64,000 nucleotides of DNA, from assembly GCA_964019335.1 (NCBI GenBank), contig OZ025658.1:757566-821565 (forward strand), in the 5' to 3' direction. Position 1 is the stretch's first letter. Every line of letters begins with the position of its first letter. The notes beneath the pieces were generated by a model that was not told the origin of the DNA, did no database searches, and was given only the letters and a program-made list of their open reading frames with translations. Source of the stretch: Diplonema japonicum (taxonomy: Eukaryota; Protista; Euglenozoa: Diplonemea). Shown in pieces: positions 26,201 to 41,200 of the stretch. The translations under genes were made by a program, and so were the position numbers.

Positions 26201-29200
26201 GCCATCCACTCTGGGGAGAGGTGCTGCAACGCCGAGGCAGACTGCCACTGGGACACTTCAGTGGCACCCGCGCAGTGCAGTGTGACGTATTGCGCGACAA
26301 TGAATACCGAACAACCAAAGTGCGACAGCGACAGTCAATGCGTGTACGAGGGAACGAAGTGCGTGGAGAAGGAATGTGGGAAGCTTACAGAGTGCAACTG
26401 CAGGAAAGACATCGACTGCTACTGGAACGGAGACAAGAGATTCTGCACCCCTTTCCAGTACGGGCAGTGCCCCACGCTGGATCTCATCCTTTTGCTCAGC
26501 GGTTCGGGTTCGATGAAGGGAGACTTCTCGCGCCACCCGAATGGGTTCGAGGCACTGATGGAGATGATCAGGGACTGGGTGAAGATTCTACCTTTGAACG
26601 GGGAGAAGGGGAGCGTTGGCATCAATTCGCAGCCCAACAGTGGGATGGTGCGTGTGGGTGTTGTGCAATTCTCTGGGGTAGACGCAAAGGGTGCGGACCC
26701 CGGTAGAGCGGATGCTCAGGCAACCCCTGCCGGTATCGGCTCCTCGGGTAGTCTCACTGGTGATTTCGCGGAGCTGAACGCTGACATCAACTGGCAGGAG
26801 GACAACTACTACGGCGGCGGGACGATGATCGCGAAGGGGTTGAACGATGTGGCAGAAATGTTCCATGCCTCGCCGAATGACGGGAGGCGGAAGGCTCTCA
26901 TCATCATAACGGATGGACAGATATTCGACCCGAACTTCTTGTCGCAGGCGCGTGCTGAGCTCGATAGAGAGAAGGTGCAGGTGTTTGGTGTGGTTGTAAG
27001 GACAGGGAGTGCTTACACTACGACCGACGACCTCGCGAAGCAGACCTTGAAGCCCATTGTATCTGTGCCGCAAGACAGCCACTTCCAGAACCTTATGATT
27101 GACGAAGTGCCCACCATGGTGCTTGGCAACCTTTGTGACCCGATTGGCGAGTTTGGCAGTTTTATTGTCGGGGGCAACGGGAGTACTAGTGTACACACCC
27201 CGTGCAAGCAACACACTTTGATAACGTGCAACGCCGATCGTGGCTGCGTGTGGTACGACGCGACCCTCTCCTGCGCGGACACTCCGTGCATGCAGCACTG
27301 CGAGGAGATCTCTTGCAGGAATGACACGACAAACAAATGTGCCTGGGATTCATTCAAGAACCTGTGCCAAAAGGAGCCTCAGGTGGAGTGCGACTCGCTC
27401 TCCGTGAGTGAGTGCCCAGGCAATAATGCATGCGAGGTTTCCAAGGACAAGGTTCCAACATGTGTAGACAAGAAGTGCGTGCACGACACAGAGCAGGGCT
27501 GTGTGGCGGATCCCGACAAGTGTGTGTGGAACAACATCGATTTGACTTGCGTGCAGCAGCCGTGCAGCTACCCTGACGAGACGGCTTGCGAGGGTGACGT
27601 GCTGTGCAGCTGGAACGACGGGAACAACCCCTTGTCTTACAGCAAAGGTGTGAGTATGTACCCATTCAACCTCTCCTGCGACGCTACCGCTACCTCCGCC
27701 ACGTGTGAAGGTGGCTGTGCTGGGCAGGTGAACGGTGCTGCCGTGAGCATCGACAACGCTGACTATGTGAAGGGGAAAGACACGCTGGAGTGCGCTGAGT
27801 GCCCCGCTCTCGGGATCAAAACGGAGTGGTCGGCTAAGACGGGTGCACTCGTTTTGATCTCTGTTGACGGGCAGGACAAGTCCCTGACGACGTTCACCGA
27901 GGCCATCAACAAGGTGACTTTCGTGACCACGTCCGCTGCGGGGAACCCTAGGGGTATCACTTGGAACTATGGCCAGGGAGTGTACGACGCCAGAACGGGC
28001 CACTACTACCGCTACTACGCCTCGAACACAGTGTGCCAGACCACTGGTGGTGTTACAACAGCAGGCTGCACGTGGGAGGATGCGAAGCAGGCCTGTGCTG
28101 CTAAGTCCTTCCTCGGGGTTGATGGTTACCTGATGACGGTGACCTCGGACACAGAGACGGAGGTTGCCAGGGGAAGGATCGCTGCCGAGGGTTGGATGGG
28201 TGCTTCTGCAACGAACGGTGCGTGGACGTGGAGCACTGGCCCTGAAGATGGGACAGCCATCAGCAGCTACGAGAACTGGATGTCTGGGGAACCGTCATCT
28301 TCCACCGACGGGAACGGCTACTTCTTCCCCAACGGGGAATGGGGCAGTGTAGCCAAAACCAGCAACAAGGCAGTGCTCGGGTATGCCTGCGAGTGGGGCA
28401 GCACGAAGGGTCCGGCCTGTACTGGCTCTGTTGAGAAAGTGGTGGTGAATGCGGGTGCCTGTGTGGAGAGGAAGTGCACTGAAATCAGCAGGACCGGGTG
28501 TGTGGCTGATCCTTACTGTGACTGGATAGTAAACACCACGACGTGCGTGCAGAAGCCCTGCACGGACGCTATGGCAGAGCTCCCATGCAACAGGAGGGAG
28601 GGATGTCATTGGAGCCCATCCATCTCTCCTGCGATGTGCGTAGAGGAGCCTTGCGCCGAGCTGAAGGACAGCCCTACCTGCAACGCTGACAGTGACTGCA
28701 TGTGGGAGGACGGGAAGAACAGGTGTGTTAAGAAGAATTGCAACGACCTCGTGAAATGTCCGTGCATGGAGGACCCGAAGTGCTTCTGGAAGTTGAGAGC
28801 TGCCGGTGGCGGTGGGTCGTGCGTGAAGGATGCCTACGGCCAATGCCCTACTATGGACATTGTGGTACTCGTGGACGGTTCGCGGTCCATGAAGGAGTAC
28901 TTTGGGCACCACTTGCATGGTTTCTTCGCCCTGATGGAAATGCTTGGTGACTGGATGCAGAGCCTGCCATTGAACGGTGAGGCAGCCACCGTAGGGGCAG
29001 CTTCCCAAGCAAACACCGGGAAGGCGCGTGTTGCCGTGGTGCAGTTCTCTGGCCATCCACAGTTCTTCAGCCCCCCAAACACCTGGAGCGGCCCTGTGGT
29101 GGAGTCGGTTGCAGTGAGCCCCGTTGGGGTGGGTACCGCCGGCCGCCTTTCAGGTGCGTCTTCAGAGCTAAAGTCGGATGTGTACTGGCACGAGAGCAAC

Positions 29201-32200
29201 AACCTTGGGGCAGGGTCCTACATCGCAAAGGGCTTGAAGAGGGCTGCCACTATTTTCGCGAGCTCTTCGCCGACCGACGGGAGACAGCGTATCCTCCTCA
29301 TCCTCGCTGGCGGAAAAATAGAGGATACAGGTGCGGACAAGGACATCATGGTTCAGGCAAAGCAAGAGCTTGACGGGCTTTCTGTGCAGACCTTCGGCAT
29401 TGTGGTGAAGAAGTCTGCCCCGCACACGCAAACCGACGTGGAGGCTACCCTGAAACCCATCGTGTCCGTGCCGCAAGAGAAGCATTTCATGAGATTGCAG
29501 ATCGACGAAATCCCTGAACAGGCACTGCACGGGCTGTGCAACCCCAACGGCCCGTGGGGACAGCTCATCGTCACCCCGCAGACCGCGCAGGTACACCAGC
29601 CCTGCCAGAACTACATTGCGAAGGCGACTTGTGTTATCGACAAGGGCTGCTCCTGGTCGGACGTCCTCACCTCGTGCCTGGACTCTGTGTGTATGGCCCA
29701 CTGCAATCAGTGGACCTGCGAGAGCGAAACCTCGACAAGGTGCTTGTGGGACGCAACTGTTGAGGAGTGCTTCAAGAAGCCGGTCTGCCAGTACACTTCG
29801 GAGGTGAGCTGCAACGACGACCAGGAGTGCAAGTGGGACCGGGAGTGCATTAAGAAGCCATGCGACTACCCCGAGGAAAACAGCTGCATCACTGACAGCA
29901 CCTACGACTGCGTGTGGTCGACGGTGACAAAGGAATGCAGCGAAAGGCCTTGTAACTACAACAACACTGCTGACTGTACCGCTGATACAGGGTGCCAGTG
30001 GGAAACCTCGTGCGGGGGGCACAAGGACCAGATGTGCATCGTGAAGCCGTGTTTGCACAACAACGAAACCGGGTGCAAAGAGGACGTGATGTGCAGCTGG
30101 GAGAGTTCTTCGTGTGTTGTTGCAACCTGCGCACACTACCCAGATGAGAAGTGCTGCAACCGGAACGATGGCTGCCACTGGAACGTGCAGCAGGCCCCTG
30201 CTGTCTGTTCGCAGCTGCCGTGCCGTTTGCTCGGTTCAGAGGGCACTTGCAACGCGGACAGAAACTGCATGTGGGAGGGCAGCGGCAATACTTGTCTGGA
30301 AAAGATTTGCGGGAGGTACACCACAAGATGCCCTTGCGAGGCGGACCCTGACTGTTTCTTCGTTGTTGGCCCGAATCACTGCACCTTCCAGCGCTACGGG
30401 ATGTGCCCCACGCTCGACGTGGTGGTGCTTCTGGACGGTGGGGTGTCGATGGGCGAGAAGTTCGGGCGGCATCCCCAAGGTTACTACGCCCTTGTGGAGG
30501 TTATGAGGGACTGGGCAAAGACCCTTCCTCTTTCGGGGAGTGCGGCAGGTGCGTTTGCGCCGGCCAACAACAACGCTGTGCGTCTTGGATTCGTACAGTT
30601 TGCGGGCAGCAGTCTGTGGCCGGCTGGCGATGCAAAACAGGCCCTTACCGCTACCGGTGCTGGGACCAGCGAAGGGCGCCTCACCGGGGTGCTCTCCGAG
30701 ATAGAGAGGGACTTGGAATTCCAGGAGGACAACTTCATGGGCGGGAATGCTGCACGTCAACCCGGTCCTGCCACCACCTACCTCCTTGCAGGTTTGGAGA
30801 AGGCCATGAGTCTTTTCAGGACCAGCCCTGTGGACGGGAGGAAACGTGTGCTTATCGTTGTGGCCGACAGCCCTCTTGATGACAAGGACAAGTACCAGAC
30901 CGTAATGGCGGGCCTTGCAGCCTTGCAGGTGCACGTGTTTGGTGCCACGGTGCGCCCATCAGTGCAGTCCGCAGAAAGCTTGCAGGCCGCCGCTGATGTG
31001 AGGGAAGTAGTGTCTGACCCGAAGGATGGCCACTTCGTCAGTGTGGAGATCGACCAGCTCGCGACCTCGTTGAATGGCCTGTGCAACCCCAACACCCACT
31101 TCTGGGGACAGTTCCTTGCGGCTACTGCAGTCCACGAGCCGTGCAACCTCAGGGTCGAGATGACGGAGTGCGACGAGGATGTTAGCTGCGTGTGGTTCGA
31201 CACCACCCAGTCGTGCGGGGACTCTCCGTGCCTCACCCACTGCGAACAGCCTTCCTGCGTGGGGGACATGTCCAACAAGTGTGTGTGGAACGGGGATTCG
31301 TGCGAGAGGGAGAAGATCTGCGACTACCCCGACGTTGCTGCTTGTGAGGCAAACTCCGGCTGTGAGGTAGACGAGAAGGGTGCTTGTATTAAGAAGAAGT
31401 GCACGCACGACACGGAGTGGGGCTGCGTGGCGGACCCTGACACATGCGTGTGGAACAATCTCGACCAGATCTGCGGGCGGAAACCGTGCAACTACGACAA
31501 TTTGGACCAATGTGTGCTGGACCTGAAGTGCGATTGGAAGCAGCTGGTGCCGGAGTGCGTGCCCAAGCTCTGCACATACAGCAACCAGACCGCTTGCGAA
31601 ACGACCGAACCTGGGAAGTGCGTGTGGGAGGGCAATAAGTGCGTGGCCGCTCCCTGCAAGCAGTACCAGAGCGAGATCGAGTGCAAACTGGATGACAGCT
31701 GCGACTGGACCACCGAGTGCGAGCGCGCCTACTGCGAGCGGTACGCCGGGGACGCCAACGCGTGCGACAGCGATGGTCTCTGCATGTGGGACCGGGCGAG
31801 GAATAGGTGTGTGAACAAGGAGTGCGGTGCCTTCCAGAACGATACGTGCCGCTGCCACAAGGACGCGGACTGCTTCTGGGATGCTGGTGTGTGCAAGACC
31901 GCGAGATTCGGCGAGTGTCCTACCCTTGACATTGTGCTCGCAGTGGATGGCTCTGCAACGATGACTCAAACCTTCTGGGAGAACCACCCACATGGCTTTT
32001 ATGGGCTGATGGAACTGCTGAAGACGTGGACCGGGAAGCTCACCCTGAGCGGGGAAAAAGCCGGTTCCGCGACCACCTTGACCGGGATGACCAGGATTGG
32101 TGTTGTGCAGTTCAGCGGGAAGCCGGCCATCAAGATTCCAGGCACTGATCTCGTGGACGGAGCCCAGAAGACCCCGACAGGGACAGGAAGCGGTGGCAGG

Positions 32201-35200
32201 CTCTCTGGGGACAGGGCGGAGGTGAACACGGACCTCGTTTGGCAGGAGATGAACTTCATGGAGGGCGGAACTTACATCGCTGCGGCGCTTGATGTTGCCG
32301 CCGACATGTTCCAAGCCTCGCCGAAGGATGGGAGGAAAAGGGTGCTCTTGATCTTCACCGACGGGCAGATCCAAGATGCGGACAAGCTGGTGGAGGCCAG
32401 AAAGCGACTGGAACAAGAGGAAGTAATCACCTACGGTATAGTGATGAGGATTAAAAAAGACTACGCGATCACCGACACTGATGCAGAGGCTACCCTGAAA
32501 CCCATCACATCAGAGCCGCATAGCGAGCACTATTATAACCTCCTCTTGGACGAGATCCCCGAAACCCTCGACGGGCTGTGCGATCCCAAGTCCACGTGGA
32601 GCAAATCCATCGTGGACACCGCGCAGGCAGGTTTGCACAGGCCCTGTGGGAACTACAACAAGAAAGAGACCTGTAACAGAGACCCCGGGTGTGTGTTCCG
32701 CGACGTACTTGCCGCTTGCGTGGACACCCCCTGCATGAAGCACTGCTCAGAAGGCCTCTGCAGAAACGACACTGCGAACAAATGCTACTGGAAGGTGGAC
32801 GAAAGCGTGTGCTACAAGGAGGTAGGGTGCACAGGGCACCAGAACCAGCGAAACTGCGCTGCTGATGACACGTGTGCCTGGAGGGACAACAAGTGCGTCG
32901 ACAAGCCTTGCGAGTACCCCGAAGAGAACAGCTGCATCGCTGACTCAACCTACGACTGTGAGTGGTCTTCGAAGGATGGTACATGCGGGGAAAAGCCTTG
33001 TCAGCACACGGAGGCAGCAGCCTGTGTGGCGGACTCGAAGTGCCTGTGGGACACTGCGTGCGTCGGAACAGGGTTCCCCGCAATGTGTGTACGCAAGCTT
33101 TGCGACTACTCAACCGCTGCAGAGTGCACCACTGACACACAGTGCAGCTGGAGCGCCTCAACTTGTACCATGAAGACATGTGCACCATATGCTGATGAGA
33201 GGTGCTGCAATGCGAACGAGGATGGCGAGGGCTGCCACTGGGACGTGAAACAATCACCCGCAATCTGCAGCGTAGGCCCTTGCAGATCGTACAACGAGAA
33301 TATTTGCAACAGTGAGAGGGGGTGCATGTGGGAGGGGATTAGGTGCGCGGAGAAGGACTGCAACAAAATGGCTGACAGGTGTGCCTGCGAAGCAGACCCC
33401 GACTGCTTCTATAGCCCCGCTCCTGGGAAGCCGCACTGCACCTTCCAGCGCTACGGGACGTGCCCCACGCTCGACGTGGTGGTGCTTCTGGACGGTGGGG
33501 TGTCGATGGGCGAGAAGTTCGGGCGGCATCCCCAAGGTTACTACGCCCTTGTGGAGGTTATGAGGGACTGGGCTCAGACCCTGCCCCTGAGCGGGGAGGC
33601 TGCTGACACCCCCACTGTGGCGAACTCGCAGGCCGTGCGTCTTGCATTTGTGCAGTTTGCGGGTAGCGAGAGTTGGGCTCCATCAGACCCCAGGCAGGCC
33701 CTCACCGCTACCGGTGCTGGGACTAGCGAAGGACGCCTCACCGGTTCCTTGTCTGAGGTGGAGGCCGACCTCACCTTCCAAGAGGCTAACTTCATGGGCA
33801 AGAGCCTTGTGACGCAGCCGACGGTGCAGGCCACTTACCTCCTGGCTGGTTTGCAGAAAGCGGTCAGCCTGTTCCGCACCTCGCCCGTGGACGGGAGGAA
33901 GCGGGTGCTGATCATCGTGATTGACGGTGAGCTCGACGACGCTGACAAATACCAGACCACGAGGGCGGAGCTGGATCAGGCACAGGTGCAAATTTTCGGC
34001 GTTGTGGTGCGTCCTCGCGACATGCACACTACCCTTGACGAGAGGGCGCAGCAGACACTGCATCCCCTGGTGTCCAACCCTAAGGTTGACCACATCGTGA
34101 ACGTGCAGGTGGACGAGATCGCTGCTTCGCTGAACGGTCTGTGTGACCCTGGTCGCCCGTCTTGGGGCGAGTACGTCGGTGTGGTTGCAGAGGGGAGGCA
34201 GCCTTGCCAGCTCTACTCTGCCAAGGACTCCTGCAACAAGGACGCTGGCTGCGTGTGGTTCGACGAGACCCTGGCTTGTGCAGACTCGCCGTGCTTGGAG
34301 CACTGTGACAGGGCGAACTGCACCGCCGACAACCTGAACCTGTGCAAGTGGAACGAGACGACGAACTCCTGTGGAAAGAAGGAAGTGTGCAGCTACCCTG
34401 CACAAACACAGTGCGTCGCTGATGCAGAGTGCGAGTGGAAGGACGATGTGTGCATCGGGAAGGAGTGCGAGCACGACAACGAGCAGGGCTGTCTTGCAGA
34501 CCCCGCCGTGTGTGTCTGGGACAACGTGAGGCAGGACTGCAAGAAGAAGCGGTGCGTGTATGACAACATGGACAGCTGCAGCTTGGACCTGGATTGCACA
34601 TGGAACGTGGGGTGCGAGGTGAAGCGGTGCAACTACTTGAATCAGACCGCATGCGAGTCAACAGAGCCAGGAATGTGCGTGTGGGACAGCAACAGAAAGT
34701 GCGTGCCCGCTCCTTGTAAACAGTACGTGAGCGAGAGGCTCTGCGCGGCAGACAACAACTGCGAGTGGAGCACTGCTATCTCCCCCGGACTTTGTGAGGT
34801 GAAGCACTGCAGAAGATACTGCGACTTACAGACGAGCATCTGCAACGCGGACGAGTGCAACCAGGACCCAACATGCTTGACCGACCCCGCCACCAGCATT
34901 TGTGAGAACAGGGTGTGCGGGATGCTGGGAGACCAGTGCGCGTGCCACAGGGAACCCGATTGCTTCTGGCTCTCAGGTGACAGGACCTGCGTGGACCAGA
35001 AGTACGGTACGTGCCCTACGCTCGACCTTGTCATAGTGTTCGGTGGGTCTGTTTCCATGAAGGAGATCTTCTGGCGACACCCACACGGTTTCGACGGGGT
35101 GGTAGAAATGCTGAGGATGTGGTTGAGCGGGTTGCCTCTGAGCGGCGAGAAGGCTGGGGACCCGGTCACGACGACTCCGGACTCCAGGAAGATCCGTGTA

Positions 35201-38200
35201 GCCTTTGTGCAATTCAGCGGTGTGGCCACAGGGCCCCTTACGAAGACCCCTATTGCCGGATCTGCGATCAAGACCCCTGCCGGTATTGGTACCGCAGGGA
35301 GGCTGTCGGGTGCTTACACGGAGCTTTCCGCAGACCTCAGTTGGCACGAGGCAAACTTCATGGGGAACGGGATTTACGTTAACCTCGGCCTACAGATGGC
35401 AGCCAGCATTCTGCAAAACTCGCCCACTGACGGGAGGAGGAGGGCAGTGTACGTCATCACTGACGGACAGTTCCAGGACCAGGCGTACCTCGAGGACGCG
35501 AAGGCGAAGCTTGACTCTGTCGGTGCAGAGGTGTTCGGTATCGTGGTGAGGAGGTTCCCGTCGTCAAAGAACGTCGACGCCGACGCTGAGCAGTCGCTTA
35601 TGTCAATCACCTCCGGTGCGCACGTTATGAACGTAGACATGGAGGAGTTTGCCTCGGAGAACGGTCCACTGGCGCAGCTGTGTAACCCTGCTACGGACTT
35701 GGGGTCCTCGATCGCAATGGGCGTGGCTAGCGACAGGCACCAGCCGTGCAATGCGTACTCCACGCAGAAGGATTGCGTGAGTGACGTGGGCTGCACGTGG
35801 AACCAACTGTCATGCAGGACGTCGCCTTGCATTATGCACTGCAACGAAACCACCTGCAACCGGGACGGTGCGAACGACTGTGTGAACGGGTGGAACTCCG
35901 CCGAGGTGACTTGCTACCGCAAGAAGGTGTGTGCTGGAGATGTCCCGACCAGGTGCGAGGCTGAGGGTGGATGCCGGTGGAACTCATCTGCGGCTGCCTG
36001 TGAGGTGAAACCCTGCTACCACGCGCTGGAGGACACGTGCATTGCGGATACGGACCATGCGTGCGAGTGGAAGAACTCTGAATGCACAGTGAAGCCGTGT
36101 GTGATGTATGCGACAGCGTCTGAGTGCACGGGGGACTGCGAATGGAATTCTTCGTCTTTGAAGTGTGCCCCTGTGAAGTGTACGCCGTATACAGACAGGG
36201 ACGAGTGCAAATCCGACGTTCTATGCCAATGGGAGGAAGTTTCATCCCGGTGTGCAGTGAGGCCCTGCGTGGAATACCCTGACGACCGTTGGTGCAATGC
36301 CGACAGAAAGTGCCACTGGGACACCACAGAGGCACCTGGTAGCTGCCAACTGCTACCGTGCGCCAGGTTCGAGAACGAGACGACCTGCAGCCTCGACACG
36401 GGCTGCAAATGGGACTCCGCAGCGCAGGTGTGCGTGGAGATGACCTGCCACTCGATCCCCATGAAGTGCGAGTGTCAACAGGACTCCAGCTGCTTCTGGT
36501 CCACAGCCGGCGGCCGCGCACGCTGCGAGGAGCAGGTGTTTGGGAAATGTCCGACTCTGGATGCAGTCTTGTTACTTGACGGTTCCGCCACGATGGGCCA
36601 GAGGTTTTGGCGCCACCCACAGGGCTTCAACGCCATGATGGAGATGATCCGTGACTGGGTAAGAATGCTGCCCTTGAGTGGAGAGCTTTCGTCGGTGGGG
36701 TCGAGCTCTGCCTCTTCCACTGGCGGTGTGAGGCTTGGACTGGTGCAGTTCAGCGGCGATCCGAACTCCGTGAACCCGGCGACCGGTGGTGTTGTGAACT
36801 CGGCTCTGAGGACGCCACCTACGGTAGGCAGTGGTGGTAGACTCAGCGGGGACCTTGCGCAGCTCGAGTCGGACGTCACATGGCACGAGGACAACTACAT
36901 GGGGCAATTCAGGTTCATCGAGGAGGGGCTGAAGATGGCTGCCGACATGCTGACAAACGACTCGCCTCTGGACGGGCGCCGTAGGATCGTCATAGTCATT
37001 ACGGATGGCCTGCTGCTGGACGGTAACCGCCTCACATCTGTACGGGCGAAACTGCAGCAACTGCAGGTGATTACCTTCGGTATCTCTGTAAGGAAGCTCG
37101 CCCCACACAGCCCCGAGGACGACGCGGCTGACGCCGCATTGAAGCCTGTTGTCTCTGAGAACGCGGATGACCACTTCATGAGCCTCACGATGGATGAGAT
37201 CCCGGAAGAGGTGTTGACTGGGCTGTGCGACCCCAACAAAAAATGGGGAGAGTTCGTGTCGGCTGTTGGTGGTGGTTCTGCTGGAACTGGCAACGGCACA
37301 ATCCCCTGCGTGCAGCTAGACGGGAAAATCACGTGCAACCGCAACATTGGCTGCATGTGGTCCGACACCACTCTGAGCTGCGGGGCAACACCTTGCCACG
37401 ACCACTGCGACCAGGCAAACTGCGAGGATGACCTGGGGAACCACTGCATGTTCGACGCAGCCACCCAGAGCTGTACGAAGAAACGGCCGTGCGGTCACAC
37501 CGCTGCCCCCGATTGCTGGAGGGACGCCGAGTGCATGTGGGAGAACAGCACGTGTGTGGAGAAGCCGTGCCAACATGAAGATGAGGAACCGTGTCTGCTG
37601 GACGCTGACGGCTGCGTGTGGGACTCGGTGGAGAAGACATGTACCCCCGAACTATGCCAAAAGCTGACCAGCAAGGTTGGCTGTGACGACCTTGCTGACG
37701 TTTGTATCTGGGATACAACTGGGAACGTCTGCAAGCCGAAGAGGTGCTTGTCGTGCCCTGCTGGTAACAAGACTTGCTGTGAATCTCCGGACAACCAGCT
37801 CTGGTGCGATTACACCACTAGTAACACCTGCGTGGAGAAACGGTGCGTGGGTTACGTTGATGAGCTCTTGTGCTCGTCGGCGACGGAGAGTCAGTGTAAG
37901 TGGGACCCGACTACTTCTCCCGGGACGTGTAGGGAGAAGTACTGCGCAAAGTTCAACGAGACCACTTGCGAACTGGAGCCTGTTTGCGTCTGGGACTTCG
38001 GGGTGTGTGACACCAAGAGGTGTGAGGACGTTCACGAGCATTGCGCATGCACGACCGACCCGAGCTGCTTCTGGCATGATGGGACGTGCGTGGACGTGCA
38101 CTACGGCGCGTGCCCTACCATGGACATCGTCATACTGCTGGACGGGTCATCACTGATGAAGCAGCCCTTTGGACGCTACCGAAACGGCTACTTCGCCCTT

Positions 38201-41200
38201 GTCGAGATGCTGAAGGACTGGACGTACCTCCTGCCCCTCCCTGGTGACATTGGTGCCGCTGGTAAAGACCCCAGCCTATACCCCGCAGGCTCCGCAAGGA
38301 TTGCCCTCATACAGTTCAGCGGTGACAAGAATCTGGCCGGTGCAAACTCTGCTTTGGTGTCGACCGTCGGCGCGAAGGGTAGGCTTTCAGGCTACGTCCC
38401 CGAGCTGAGGCAGGACCTGTCCTATCAGGAGCACAAACAGATGGCAAAGGATACATTCCTGAAAGAGGCCCTTGACATGGCTGCCGGGCAGCTTTCTGGT
38501 CCCCTCTACCCCGCGGACGGGAGGAAGAAGATTGTGTTGGTTCTCCTAGGGAGCTCGGTAATGGACGAAGGCATGCTGTCTGGTCCTCTCGGGAAGATCC
38601 AAGCTGCCGGCGCGCACCTAGTCGGGATCGTGGTGAGGAGAAGTGATTCGCATAGAACGCAGGACAACGATGCGGAGGCCTCCTTGAAGCCAATTGTGAC
38701 GGAGCCGAAGAGAGCGCACTTCCAGAACATCGCCATCAACAACCTAAAGGAAGAAGTGCTCGACAAGTGGTGCGACCCGAGCACGGCTTGGGGAAGCTGG
38801 TTGGTGGACGTGAAGACTACCGATTCCCACCTCCCCTGTTCTTTCCACAGTGGCTCTTCGGAGTGCAACCGCGACTCTGGGTGCACGTGGGACGACGGGT
38901 TAGTAGCCTGCACGGTCACCCCGTGCTTGCAATACTGCTCAAAAGCACTGTGCGAACTCTCAGATCCTGCGTACCGTTGCGAGTTCAACGTAAGCGGTGA
39001 CTCAACTTGCACGAAGGAGAAGATCTGTGCCTACGCGGATGAACAGCCGTGCATGGCGAACTACGAGTGCACGTGGATGGACAACATATGCGAGCCAATC
39101 CCATGCCAACACCACACCGAGCCGGCGTGCGTGTCTGACCTTGTGGGCTGTGAGTGGGTCGGTTTGGTGGATGGCGAGTGTTTAGTGAAAACTTGTTCGC
39201 ACAAGACGACCGCGAATTGCACCGACGCGGGGTGCGAATGGGACCAGGCCGCATCGGTGTGCGGGCCCAAAGTGTGCACGTACACAACAGAGAGGGAGTG
39301 CAAGGATGATGAAAGGTGCGATTGGAAGAATGCGGCGTGTGAAAAGAAGAGATGTGTCGAGCACCTGAGCGAGGGTTCTTGCATCTCGGAGGCCGGGTGT
39401 GAGTGGGAGGTGAGTTCTTCACCAGCTTACTGCAGGGAAACTTACTGCTCGATGTGGACCGCGGAGGTTGACTGCAACCTCGACGCAGCGTGTGCTTGGG
39501 ACGGCTCGATCTGCGTGCCCTCTACCTGCATGAGGAACAATGGAAAGTCATGCGAATGCGCAGCCGACCCGAGCTGCTTCTGGGTGGAGTCTAGGCAGTC
39601 GTGTGTGGAGGCGGCCTTCGGGGCTTGTCCACCGCTTGATATCATGGTCGTGTTCGATGGCACCGATCCCATGCAGTGGGCATTTGGGCACCACCCTAAC
39701 GGCTTTGACGCGTTGATTGAGATGCTGAAGGACTGGGTAAAGAGTCTACCTTTGAATGGGGACTCGTACATTGTGCCGAAGGCCTTGACAAAAGCTGCAG
39801 GGACCAGAGTGGCCTTCGTGCAGATCGGCACCAGCGTACAGCCTATGTTAGTGACGAGCCCCTCGAACCCATCGACACCCTCTGCTGCTGGTCTGTTGTC
39901 CGGTGACCTGAATCAGCTTCTTGGAGACCTTGTCTTCCACTCAGCCAACATGCTCGGTGGGAGCGGTGGTCGCTACATGGAGAAAGCTGTGATGCATGCG
40001 GAGACAGTTTTTTCGAGCCAAAGCCCCACGACAAAAAAACAGGTGGTGTTGATGTTGTCCAGCGGTACGGTGGCTGACGAGGACAAGATGAAACTTGCGA
40101 TGGCGACTTTAGATTCGACTGTGCAGGTGTTTGGCGTGACCCTGCGCCGCTTGAAAGGCACGAGGACTCCGGAGGACAACGCCGCGGCAAGTCAGATGGA
40201 GACTTTGGTCTCGGTCACCCACGCGGAGCACTTCCTGGACCTGGAGATCGACGAGCTCAACGAGAAGGTGTTTTCCGCCCTGTGCGACAGAGCGAAAAGG
40301 TTTGGCAAGGCCATGTTGAAGGACCAAGGTGCCCCTGCTGCTGGTGTGAACCAGCCATGTGTCACTTACACTGTTGCAGCGGACTGCAGTGTAGACACCG
40401 GCTGCATGTGGTCTGAGTCCCTGTTGCAGTGCACGACGCATCTGTGCAGATCGTATGGTTGCAACCAGGCTGCCTGCACCACAGATGTCGAGTGTGAGTG
40501 GACTCCTGAGGCTTCCTGCAGCACGAAGCCACCAGTCTGCCCCAGCAAGATCACTGAACAGGCCTGCGAAGCTGCTGTGACGCCGAATGGCGGTTGCGCA
40601 TGGGTGATGGTGGACCTAAACATGTACCGCTGTGTGGAGAAGCCCTGCGTAGGCCATCGTTCGGAGGACAGCTGTATCACCGATCCGAATGTGTGTGAAT
40701 GGAACTCGAAGGCCTCTGAGTGCACTAAGAAAAGGTGCACGTACCCCACGGAGCAGGAATGCGTAGCATCTCATGAGGTCTGCGAGTGGTCAGTCGACCA
40801 CTGCAGGAACAAGAGATGCGTTTCTACCGACGAAGCAACATGTTCAGCTGACAACGCGTGCGAGTGGACTACTGTCTGTGAGTTCAAGAAATGCAGGAAC
40901 TATGATGACGAGCCGACTTGTGACCACGACAACGAATGCCACTGGGACGTGAGCGAGTCCCCCCCCAAGTGCGACGTGAAGTTGTGCTTGAAGTACACCT
41001 CTGAAGGTTCGTGTGAAACCGACCCTAAGCTCCGCTGCAGCTGGGACACTACGAGCAACAGGTGTGCGAATAAGGACTGCTCCAAGGTGACGGCCCCGTG
41101 CCCCTGCAACAAAGACCTGGGCTGCTACTGGGACACTAGCTTCGGTACGGATGGTGCTTGCGTGTCTGGCTTGTTTGGTGGCTGTCCCTTGATGGATGTG

